DNA of 32,000 bases from the NCBI RefSeq assembly GCF_000019605.1, contig NC_010482.1, positions 150,001 through 182,000 of the forward strand. Reading direction: 5' to 3'. This stretch comes from Candidatus Korarchaeum cryptofilum OPF8. Its GTDB lineage: Archaea; Korarchaeota; Korarchaeia; Korarchaeales; Korarchaeaceae. Below are positions 8,867 through 17,051 of the stretch, one piece after another (position 1 is the stretch's first letter; each line of letters opens with the position of its first letter). Position numbers and translations under genes: made by a program. The notes under the pieces were generated by a model. It searched no databases. It was given only the letters and a program-made list of their open reading frames with translations, and was not told the DNA's origin.

Positions 8867-10138
8867 TTGGAGGCAGATCTGCTAGTAGTTGGGGCCGGGA
8901 TCTTCGGCCTAGCAACTGCTTATCATTATCTGAGGGAGAATCCGGGGAAGAGTGTCCTTATAGTTGATAGGATGGGAGATGTCGGCCAGGGAGCGACTGC
9001 TAAGAGCGCAGCTGCCTTCAGGGCTAACCTATTCACATCCCAGACGAATAGGTTGTTGGCGGGATCCTCAGTAGATTTCTTCCTCCACGTTCAGGAGAAG
9101 GAGGGCCATGATCTTGGAATAATGAAAGTAGGTTACTTAGTGCTCAGGAGCAGGGAACAGTTCGAGAGAGTATCGGAAGTAGCTAAGATGCTGGAGAAGA
9201 TGGGGACTGTCAGAATATACAGGAGAGAGGAGCTTATGGAGAAGCTTAAGATGAATTATGACTTCTCGGGTGATGAGGAAGCTGAGCTACTCAATATAAT
9301 GAATGTGGATTACGGGATATTCGGTTTCAAGTGCGGTTACATGGATGCAGATAAGTTAGCTTACTACTACAGGGACAGGATAAGGGAGATGGGAGGAGAC
9401 TTTCAGTTCAATACGAAGGTCGAGAGGGTGATAGTAGAGCCTGAGGTGAAACTTGGAATACCTAGGGAGCCCAGAGCTTGGCAGAAAGTTAAGTTCTCCG
9501 GTATTGAGACGAATAAAGGGGTTTTGAAGGCGAAAAATTTAGTTTTAGCTGCCGGTGGATGGTCCCATCTTTTACTAGATCCTCTGGGGATAGATTGCAT
9601 ATCTAAGCCCAAGAAGAGGCAGATATTCACGGTGAGGCCCAGGACTGAGGAGCAGAGGGCCCTCTTGTACAATCCAAACTTCAACGAAGAGGGAGTCCTC
9701 CCCTTCACGATACTCCCGACTGAGCATTATATAAGGGCAGATAAGAGAGATGGAACACTTTGGTTCGCATTATCTGATGAAATGAGGCCTTATTCGACGG
9801 ATGACGAGCCAGAGGAGTCCTTCTACTATGATAATATCTATCCTATCGTTGTGAAGTACTTCCCGCAGCTGGAGGGGGCGAGAGTGGATAACATGTGGGC
9901 TGGCCTCTACATGATAAACTCCGTGGATCACAATCCCGTCGTCTTCAGGAGAGCTAATATGGTAGTGGCCACGGGCGACAGCGGTAGCGGTATAATGAAG
10001 GGGGATGCTATAGGGAGGATATCTGCAGCATTAGTTCAAGGTAAAAAGGAAGCTGAACTATTCGGGGGGGAAAAGATACCGACAGATAGGCTGGAAGTGG
10101 TCGGTAGATCACTGGAACCCGAGAATTTCGTTTTCTAA
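8867..10138 (+). CDS. FAD-dependent oxidoreductase (DAO family; GlpA/SoxB/D-amino-acid-dehydrogenase-like)
   Basis: TTG start. N-terminal dinucleotide fold LLVVGAGIFGLATAYHY...VLIVDR, and a C-terminal ...VATGDSGSGIMKG typical of DAO-family flavoproteins. Divergent from the Fe-S oxidoreductase across a 58-bp AT-rich spacer. Confidence 0.8.
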   Translation: MEADLLVVGAGIFGLATAYHYLRENPGKSVLIVDRMGDVGQGATAKSAAAFRANLFTSQTNRLLAGSSVDFFLHVQEKEGHDLGIMKVGYLVLRSREQFERVSEVAKMLEKMGTVRIYRREELMEKLKMNYDFSGDEEAELLNIMNVDYGIFGFKCGYMDADKLAYYYRDRIREMGGDFQFNTKVERVIVEPEVKLGIPREPRAWQKVKFSGIETNKGVLKAKNLVLAAGGWSHLLLDPLGIDCISKPKKRQIFTVRPRTEEQRALLYNPNFNEEGVLPFTILPTEHYIRADKRDGTLWFALSDEMRPYSTDDEPEESFYYDNIYPIVVKYFPQLEGARVDNMWAGLYMINSVDHNPVVFRRANMVVATGDSGSGIMKGDAIGRISAALVQGKKEAELFGGEKIPTDRLEVVGRSLEPENFVF

Positions 10139-10142
10139 ACCC

Positions 10143-10151
10143 TTATTTTTT
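10143..10151 (+). terminator. oligo-T tract after the FAD oxidoreductase gene
   Basis: TTATTTTTT begins 5 nt after the TAA stop. Archaeal transcription commonly terminates at T-runs. Confidence 0.3.
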
Positions 10152-10165
10152 AACAGAATATTTCA

Positions 10166-10183
10166 TTCAGGAGCTTCAGGAAC
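10166..10183 (+). repeat. tandem 9-mer TTCAGGAGC TTCAGGAAC abutting a TATA-like box
   Basis: Two adjacent 9-mers with 8/9 identity lie directly 5' of CATTTATTAAGG (10183-10194). That box is about 30 nt upstream of the ATG at 10221. Confidence 0.3.
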
Positions 10184-10220
10184 ATTTATTAAGGCTGAGC
10201 GGTCCTCGAGGGGATGCGCT

Positions 10221-10910
10221 ATGAGAAAGATTATTGGAGTGGCGATAATTGCCCTGCTAGTGGTAGCGGTAATAGCGATCATACTAATGGGCGGATTAGG
10301 CAAAGGCACTTCCGGGAATAGGAGCTTTCAGGAAGCTTATTCCTCGACAAAGAAGCTCACCTTCTCCCTGGGAAATGGCTCCATTTTTAGCTTGGAGGAG
10401 AGCGTCGCTCTCACCTACGGGAACATGACCTCACCAGTGAACAAGACGATACAATCCTTCATAATAAGGAATTTCTCTTGGCCGGATTATGAGATATGTA
10501 TATCAAATTATACATCTGAAGCTGATTGTGGGAAAATTTTCTTCCATATGGTGGCATTTCCTAAGGAGCTCATCGGTGTCTCATCAATAAGACTCCCATC
10601 ACTCCTCTACGAGAACTTAACGGTCATGATGGTGAATAAGGGACTAGTTGAGTTGGAGATGCCTTGGGGGAAGAGAACTGCCTATAACTACACGAACGTT
10701 ACGATGAATTATCCAGCGCAGAACATCTCCACGATAACGAAGCTTTACGTGGACCCGGAGGAAGGTTACGTACTTAGGGGAGATGTCTCAATGGCCAGGG
10801 GTAATGTGTCAATAACTTATACATATAGGTTGGCTTCGAGGCCTGAGTCCAAGGGCGGATTCCAGATAGATAAGCCCGAGAGATGGAATTGGGAGCAAGG
10901 CTCACCTTGA
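10221..10910 (+). CDS. N-terminally anchored extracellular protein, extremely rich in N-glycosylation sequons
   Basis: A hydrophobic N-terminus (IIGVAIIALLVVAVIAIILMGG) is followed by 11 N-x-S/T sequons in 229 aa: NRS, NGS, NMT, NKT, NFS, NYT, NLT, NYT, NVT, NIS, NVS. I recognise no family. Confidence 0.6.
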   Translation: MRKIIGVAIIALLVVAVIAIILMGGLGKGTSGNRSFQEAYSSTKKLTFSLGNGSIFSLEESVALTYGNMTSPVNKTIQSFIIRNFSWPDYEICISNYTSEADCGKIFFHMVAFPKELIGVSSIRLPSLLYENLTVMMVNKGLVELEMPWGKRTAYNYTNVTMNYPAQNISTITKLYVDPEEGYVLRGDVSMARGNVSITYTYRLASRPESKGGFQIDKPERWNWEQGSP

Positions 10911-11009
10911 AGGTCGCACGAATAATCCCATTTCTTGATGAAAATTTTGTAGATAGAGTGATATCGTAACATTTATGAGTAATTCCTGCGACCGTGGAGG
11001 GGGTGAAAA

Positions 11010-11585
11010 TTGCTACCCGAAGTGATAGATCTGCTTTGCATACCTGTGTTGATGAATGAAGTCCCTTTGAAGGGGGTTAGCGATGATGAGGCAGCGAAAA
11101 TAGCTTCTAGGGTAAGAAGGACAATTCCGGTGCTATCTGGAGTCAAGGTAGTGATAATACCAGTCCTCTATTACTTGACGGACATCCTGAGCAGGATGAC
11201 TCTGGATGAGATAACAGTGAACTCGGCTTCGATGATAGAGCTCATGGAGAGAAAGGGTTTGAGCTCGGAAATATACATTTTCAATCCTTACTCCTCCAAC
11301 GGGATAATACCGGTTCCGAGCAGATTTGGAGGTAGCGCGGGAGGAGTTAACTGGGCAGTAATACCCATCGTAGTGCTTGGGAATAACTACATAGATCCGG
11401 CGGCATATGAGCTTGATGATGAGGATCTAGATATAGCTCTGGACGATCTCGAGAATGTGCTCTCGGAAATTTACGGAGCATCGATGCTGAAAGTCTTTCC
11501 TCCGACTTTAATAGAGGATCTGATGGACCTCATTGACTCAGTGGAGGTCTACCAGGGAAACGATCTGGAGACATCAGCCGGCTGA
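11010..11585 (+). CDS. hypothetical protein with acidic C-terminal tail
   Basis: The TTG start is preceded by GGAGGGGGTGA (10996-11006), complementary to the archaeal 16S 3' end. Composition looks protein-like. No recognisable motif. Confidence 0.5.
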   Translation: MLPEVIDLLCIPVLMNEVPLKGVSDDEAAKIASRVRRTIPVLSGVKVVIIPVLYYLTDILSRMTLDEITVNSASMIELMERKGLSSEIYIFNPYSSNGIIPVPSRFGGSAGGVNWAVIPIVVLGNNYIDPAAYELDDEDLDIALDDLENVLSEIYGASMLKVFPPTLIEDLMDLIDSVEVYQGNDLETSAG

Positions 11586-11595
11586 ATATAAAAAA

Positions 11596-13011
11596 TTATC
11601 CGGAGAGGTCCTTTTTCATGTAAAAGGATCCCCTCACTTTCTCATATCCCAGCTTCCTGAAGTACTCCCTAGCCCCTATCCCAGAGATAACCAGAATCTT
11701 CCTCATCCCCAGCTCCAACGATATCCTCTCAGCTTCCCTCACCAAGCTCGCTCCATATCCTCTGTGCTGAGCTTCCTCTCCGGAGCTCATGCCTATTGGC
11801 ACCATCCTCCCGTAAACGTGCAGCTCCCTTATCAGACTCGTCCTCTCATCCACTTCCCACCTGTGGGCCAGAGGGGAGGGGATCCTCAATCTGAGTATCC
11901 CGATGAGCACGTCATTCCTATCAACAACTGAGAGGAAGAACTCAGTCCCTCCGCTCGCTTCATACTCTATAACCTCGATCCTCGTTGATGAATAATCCGG
12001 GGAGAGCCCCTTATGAGCTACCCTGCCCGCTTCCCTGAACCTTATCTCCTCAACCTTTGTACCGATTTTCAGGAGCTTTTCCTCCACTATCTGCCTCAAA
12101 TTCCTCCTCTTAGGACCAGCAGCTATGAAACCCTCTGGTATATCCCTCTGGACATGCTGAAGCCTCACCCATCTCGGTATAATAGGGAGGGCCTTGCTCA
12201 GGAACTCCTCGAACTCCTCATCAGTTAGACCCTCATACTCGCCCCTCCTCCACATATCGTACAGCGGAGTCCCGGGGATCACGAGAGTTGGATATATCTT
12301 CAGCATATCCGGTCTGAAAGATGGATCGCTTAATACGATCCTCAGGGCCTCTAGATCCCTATCCAAATCGCTTCCAGGTAACCCGGGCATTAAATGGTAG
12401 CCCACCTTATAAGCGGAATCCTTGAGGATCCTCGTGGCCACTATCGTATCTATAGTGGAGTGGCCCCTCCTCACCCTCTCCAGGACGTCCTCATAAATGG
12501 ATTGGACCCCTAGCTCCACTCTAGTGAAGCCTAGGTAAAGCATCTTATCCACATGATCCTCCATCGCCCAATCGGGCCTGGTCTCCAGGGTCATAGCGAC
12601 GCATCTAACTGATGAGGTTTCATTCAACTCCTGAGCTTCTATCAAGCTCCTAGATCTGACCTCCGGCCCCATGTAGGAGTTCATGGCATCTAATGCTCTC
12701 TTCACGAACCACTCTTGGTAATCGAAGGGTTGGGCATTGAAAGTACCTCCCATTATGATGAGCTCCACTTTGGAGGGATGCACCCCTATGCTCGAGAAAT
12801 CCATTAGCCTCTGGGTCACCTGGAGGTAGGGATCGTAATTCAGCTTGGAGCCCCTTATAACTATAGGACTCATCTCAACGTAACTCTGAGGCGTCTCCCC
12901 GCCGCCTGGGCAGTATATACACCTCCCATGAGGGCAAGGGAATGGCCTGGCTGCTATCGATACTACAGCAACGCCAGAGGCTATCCTGGATTTACTGGCC
13001 CCTCTCAGCAT
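11596..13011 (-). CDS. elp3: Elp3-type radical SAM / GNAT acetyltransferase (tRNA wobble-uridine modification)
   Basis: Radical SAM cluster region CPHGRCIYCPGG, the Elp3 core (TLETRPDW, GFTRVELGVQS), and a C-terminal GNAT motif QHRGYGASLVREAE. Confidence 0.9.
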   Translation of the reverse strand: MLRGASKSRIASGVAVVSIAARPFPCPHGRCIYCPGGGETPQSYVEMSPIVIRGSKLNYDPYLQVTQRLMDFSSIGVHPSKVELIIMGGTFNAQPFDYQEWFVKRALDAMNSYMGPEVRSRSLIEAQELNETSSVRCVAMTLETRPDWAMEDHVDKMLYLGFTRVELGVQSIYEDVLERVRRGHSTIDTIVATRILKDSAYKVGYHLMPGLPGSDLDRDLEALRIVLSDPSFRPDMLKIYPTLVIPGTPLYDMWRRGEYEGLTDEEFEEFLSKALPIIPRWVRLQHVQRDIPEGFIAAGPKRRNLRQIVEEKLLKIGTKVEEIRFREAGRVAHKGLSPDYSSTRIEVIEYEASGGTEFFLSVVDRNDVLIGILRLRIPSPLAHRWEVDERTSLIRELHVYGRMVPIGMSSGEEAQHRGYGASLVREAERISLELGMRKILVISGIGAREYFRKLGYEKVRGSFYMKKDLSG

Positions 13012-13051
13012 CCTCTATCTCAATGAGCAGTTAATGATAAATATTCTGTGA

Positions 13052-14437
13052 TCATTGAGGGGATCTTCCGGCCAATTTCCTCGCGAGATCTATCAATCTC
13101 TTCTCGCTTTCCATCTTCTCCGCTTCATATTCCACTAACCTCGATATATCATCTCTCAGCAACCTCCTCCTGGCCTCCAGCTCCCCCTTCAGGCTCTCAG
13201 GATTGGGGCCTCCCCTGACCTTAACTTCATAAGAACTGGGGAGCTCCAGCCCCAGGGAATGGACCGCTTTCCTCAGATCCCATCCGGATTCCCTCAAAGT
13301 AGATGCTAGGATAGAATGAGCCTCCCTATAGCTTATCCCCCTCCTCCTAACGAGCTCTTCAGCGATGAACTGCGCTAGAGTTATCTCGCTCTCACTCTCC
13401 CTGAATCTCGATCTCCTGATGAGATCTGAGAGGACCTTCAGGGACCCCTTCGTCGTATCGATTGCCCTGAGGAAGGGCTCATTCGTCTCCTGAATGTCCA
13501 GATTGTAACCACTGGGGAGCCCCTTCATCACAGAGAGTACTGTGAAGTGGCAACCCATGACTTCTCCAGCCTTGGCCCTGATCACTTCAAGCGTCACGGG
13601 ATTCCTCTTCTGAGGCATTATGCTACTGGTCGAGACGTGATCATCAGGTAGCTCGACTAGGCCGAAGTTCGGAGTTGACCATATTATCAGATCCTCGCAA
13701 ACCCTACTCAAAACGACCATGAGGGAGGATAGTATCCCGAGTACTATAGTCTCAAAGGATCTGCTTCCCGTAGCTAAAAGAGTGTTGCTCTCCACACCTG
13801 AGAATCCCAGGAGATCAGCTAACCTTCCCCTATCCATGGGAACTGAGCTCCCGGCAGCGGGCCCGGAGCCTAAGGGGCACAGGTCAACTATCTCCCTCAT
13901 CACGTGCCAAATCGACCTGTAATGATGGAAGAGCTCGTACTCTATCGAGAGTAAGTAGTGGGATACTGTAGATGGTTGGGCTGGTTGCAGATGCGTGAAA
14001 GCAGGGATCCTCTTCTCCAAATTCATGAGAGCCGCATCTATCAAGGAATCCCTCAGCCTGTTGATCTCCCAGAGCAGGGAGATGAGCTCCCTTATAGTCA
14101 CGTAACGGAGAGCTGTGGCGACTTGATCGTTCCTGCTCTTTCCATAAGCGAGCCATCCACCCAAATTCCCAGCCCTCTCAATTACCCAACTCTCCAGAGC
14201 TTCATGAACGTCCTCGAAGTCTCTCGATAGTATCTCATCCTCCTTATCTAGGGCCTCTAGGAGGAGGGAGATAGTCAACGCGGCCTCCTTCGGCAAGAGC
14301 CCGGATTCAAAAAGATGTATTTGATGGGCAAGGGCCGTGAGTACAGTGGCCCTGAATATCCTCCTATCGGAATCGATCGATGATATGAACTCAGTGAGCC
14401 AATCGCTCTGATCCCCCAACCCAGGCTTCCTGTACAT
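13052..14437 (-). CDS. argH: argininosuccinate lyase
   Basis: Fumarate-lyase signature TSSIMPQKRNP, YGKSRNDQVATA, and the family length. Its 5' end overlaps the argG 3' end by 47 nt. Confidence 0.92.
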   Translation of the reverse strand: MYRKPGLGDQSDWLTEFISSIDSDRRIFRATVLTALAHQIHLFESGLLPKEAALTISLLLEALDKEDEILSRDFEDVHEALESWVIERAGNLGGWLAYGKSRNDQVATALRYVTIRELISLLWEINRLRDSLIDAALMNLEKRIPAFTHLQPAQPSTVSHYLLSIEYELFHHYRSIWHVMREIVDLCPLGSGPAAGSSVPMDRGRLADLLGFSGVESNTLLATGSRSFETIVLGILSSLMVVLSRVCEDLIIWSTPNFGLVELPDDHVSTSSIMPQKRNPVTLEVIRAKAGEVMGCHFTVLSVMKGLPSGYNLDIQETNEPFLRAIDTTKGSLKVLSDLIRRSRFRESESEITLAQFIAEELVRRRGISYREAHSILASTLRESGWDLRKAVHSLGLELPSSYEVKVRGGPNPESLKGELEARRRLLRDDISRLVEYEAEKMESEKRLIDLARKLAGRSPQ

Positions 14438-15629
14438 TCCTCCTCACTGCCCTCGCCATCACTGAATATAAACCCCACGCGTTGATGAACCCCCTGGCCT
14501 CCTCGTCAGTAGGATACCACCCCTCATCATAGCCAGCGATCTTCAGGTCGTACAGCATATAATCGGATCTCCTTCCAACGACAGAAAGCCTTCCCTTGAA
14601 CAACTTCAGCCTCACTTCACCGCATACATACTTATTCATGCCTTTTATAAGCTCCTGGAGGCTCTCCCTCAGAGGCTCGCCCCAGAGTCCCTCATACACC
14701 AAATTAGTCCATTCCCTATCAGCTATTTCCTTAAATGAGAGCTCTCTTCTCGTCAAAATAGCCTTCTCAAGGTCCTTGTGAGCCTTTATCAGTGTGATAG
14801 CAGCGGGGGCTTCATAAACCTCCCTGCTCTTAAATCCGATGACCCTGCTCTCCATATGATCTATCCTCCCCACTCCGTGCTTCCCAGCTATAGAGTTCAG
14901 CTTCATCACGAGATCGCTGAGCTTCATCTTCTCGCCATTCAAAGCGACTGGAACGCCCATATCGAATCCTATCTCTATATACTCGGGTTCATTGGGAGCC
15001 CTCTCCGGAGGGGAGGTCCACTCGAAAGCATCCTCGGGCGGCTCATTCCAGGGCTCCTCCACAGCTCCGCCCTCTATGCTCCTCCCCCAGATGTTGGAAT
15101 CTATTGAGTACTTCTTATGGCTCTCAGGGATCCTCAGACCCCTGGATGCAGCATATTCCAATTCCTGCTTCCTAGTCCACCTCCATATCCTAGTGGGGGC
15201 TATTACCTTGAGCTCGGGATTGAGGGATCTTACGGTGACATCGAACCTGATCTGATCGTTCCCCTTGGATGTGCAGCCATGAGCAACGGCATCAGCTCCC
15301 TCCCTCTCGGCTATCTCAACCAGCTTTGAAGCTATGAGGGGCCTAGATAGGGAGCTGGAAATGGGGTACTCGCCCTCATACAATGCATTGGCCATTATGG
15401 CCGGTGCTACGTAAACATCAGCGAACTCATCTATTAGATTGAGGCTGTAGTGCTTCGAGGATCCGGCTTCATAGGCCCTCCTCTCTATCTCATCCAACTC
15501 AGCCCCTTGCCCTAGCTCCGCTGTGAAAGTGACCACCTCGATTCCCTGTTCCTCGAACCATTTTATCGCTACAGTGGTATCGAGGCCTCCCGAATATGCC
15601 AGAACTACCTTGGAGACGTTATAGCTCAA
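14391..15629 (-). CDS. argG: argininosuccinate synthase
   Basis: TTG start. ATP motif AYSGGLDTTV, GCTSKGNDQIRFD and SIDSNIWGRSIEGG. Confidence 0.95.
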   Translation of the reverse strand: MSYNVSKVVLAYSGGLDTTVAIKWFEEQGIEVVTFTAELGQGAELDEIERRAYEAGSSKHYSLNLIDEFADVYVAPAIMANALYEGEYPISSSLSRPLIASKLVEIAEREGADAVAHGCTSKGNDQIRFDVTVRSLNPELKVIAPTRIWRWTRKQELEYAASRGLRIPESHKKYSIDSNIWGRSIEGGAVEEPWNEPPEDAFEWTSPPERAPNEPEYIEIGFDMGVPVALNGEKMKLSDLVMKLNSIAGKHGVGRIDHMESRVIGFKSREVYEAPAAITLIKAHKDLEKAILTRRELSFKEIADREWTNLVYEGLWGEPLRESLQELIKGMNKYVCGEVRLKLFKGRLSVVGRRSDYMLYDLKIAGYDEGWYPTDEEARGFINAWGLYSVMARAVRRNVQEAWVGGSERLAH

Positions 15630-15704
15630 TCGAGGAATCTCCGGTAACTCACACTACTCACCTGAGGCCCCGAGCCCCATCCAATATAAAAAGTTAACTT
15701 GTAG

Positions 15705-17051
15705 TTATCGGTGCATTAGATCGGCATGGGGAGAATGCTCTAGTCCTTCCAGATACCTTTGGATTATCTCCCAATTCTCCGGGAAGCCCCCTGGAGCGTA
15801 AATATATTTTATTCTGAATAGATCCGCTAACTCCCTACTTAAAGAGCAGACATCCTCCTTGCAAATCCTATTCACATGATACTTACCCAGAGCCGATGCC
15901 AAGACCTTCATTTCAACCTCGATGCTCTTCAAATAGTTCATCAAGCCCCTCCTGCACTCCTTTATCGCTACTCCGAGTAAGCTCTCAAGCCCCCTGGAGT
16001 TTCTCCCGAGGAGCTTCTTCACGAGCCCGCTGAGCTTGGATCCACCCAAGCAGGCGTAGATAACGGGCTCCCCGAGGGAGACCGCATCAGCCCCCAAAGC
16101 TATAGATTTCAATACGCTAGGACCATCGTAAAGCATTCCGGATATCATCATACTGGTCTCAATACCCCTCTCCCTAGCTCTAGATATGGAGGACAGACAC
16201 ACTAGAGCTGGGACCCTTGCGCCAGCTAGAGAGCTGATCCAAGCTCCCTCCCCATCTAACGTTATGGCATCAACCCCTTCCCTGCTAGCGATCTCTATCA
16301 CTCTATCGAGGTCGCGGTAAGGCCCGGTCCTCAGGAACAACCTAACCCTGGGAAAGTTGTTCCTCAGGAGCCTTATCTGGCCCGCCAATATCTCCTCGGT
16401 GAAAGTCCTGGAGGCTGGATATCTCCCTCCCAAGGCACTTCCCGGATCATCCATGAATTCATCTTTCGCATCTCCGAGATATATCTGCTCGGCTTTGATC
16501 TCGAAGGCTATGAGTCCCCTCTCTATGTAAGGATCGAAATCGGGATCGCTGTAGATCCTCTCCCAGAGCTTGAGGTCCTCATCTTTAACGCCCTGCTGTA
16601 TTATCAACCCGCCGTATTCACCCCTGAGGTTCTCTAAATAAGAGAGAGCTCTCTCCTTGAAAGATGGCTGATCCGTCAATCTGACATCATATCCCCTGAC
16701 GGGAGCGATGTTCTCACCTAATGAATAAGCGATGCCCATTTCAGCGCAAACTTCAGCTATCCTGGGCCCCGAGAGATCTGCTATCCTCCCTCCAGGGGGA
16801 GCGCATGTTATCGGCATCCTCAACTTGAAGCCGCCCACTTCTACCTCCGTACCGACATCGACGTATAGAGGCTCCCTCAGAAGCTCAATCCCCTTCTCCA
16901 GCCTCTGAGGAGTGAATAGAGGGGGTAGAAGTAGTATATCGTCGAGAAAAGATTTCATAGGATCGGCATCAGCTCCCAAGGCGATTCCATCCAGAAGGGA
17001 GGCGCTTCCGAGCCTCGCTCTCCTGAATATCTCCTCTATAGGATAGCTCAT
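15705..17051 (-). CDS. glutamate synthase FMN-domain (GltB domain 2)-like TIM-barrel protein, divergent
   Basis: By eye it is collinear with the GltS FMN/2-oxoglutarate domain: FLDDILLLPP..., RMPITCAPPGG, GSALGGRYPASR, VDAITLDGEGAW, MMISGMLYDGPSVLKSIALGADAVSLG. Several canonical loops are substituted. Its ATG overlaps the TGA of the upstream gene (ATGA). Confidence 0.7.
   Translation of the reverse strand: MSYPIEEIFRRARLGSASLLDGIALGADADPMKSFLDDILLLPPLFTPQRLEKGIELLREPLYVDVGTEVEVGGFKLRMPITCAPPGGRIADLSGPRIAEVCAEMGIAYSLGENIAPVRGYDVRLTDQPSFKERALSYLENLRGEYGGLIIQQGVKDEDLKLWERIYSDPDFDPYIERGLIAFEIKAEQIYLGDAKDEFMDDPGSALGGRYPASRTFTEEILAGQIRLLRNNFPRVRLFLRTGPYRDLDRVIEIASREGVDAITLDGEGAWISSLAGARVPALVCLSSISRARERGIETSMMISGMLYDGPSVLKSIALGADAVSLGEPVIYACLGGSKLSGLVKKLLGRNSRGLESLLGVAIKECRRGLMNYLKSIEVEMKVLASALGKYHVNRICKEDVCSLSRELADLFRIKYIYAPGGFPENWEIIQRYLEGLEHSPHADLMHR

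Noticed and set aside
10913-10991. 6-bp inverted repeat GTCGCA (10913-10918) / TGCGAC (10986-10991), separated by 67 nt, between the glycoprotein gene and the next ORF.
   Set aside because: The arms are too short and too far apart to distinguish from chance. There is no supporting stem continuity.
9403-15329. ORFs 9403-9708, 11533-11931, 12013-12228, 12194-12400, 13719-13922, 13884-14156, 13958-14230, 14275-14478, 14596-14781, 14778-15107, 14992-15255 and 15117-15329.
   Set aside because: All overlap well-supported genes (FAD oxidoreductase, elp3, argH, argG), either antisense or out of frame, and none has a recognisable feature.
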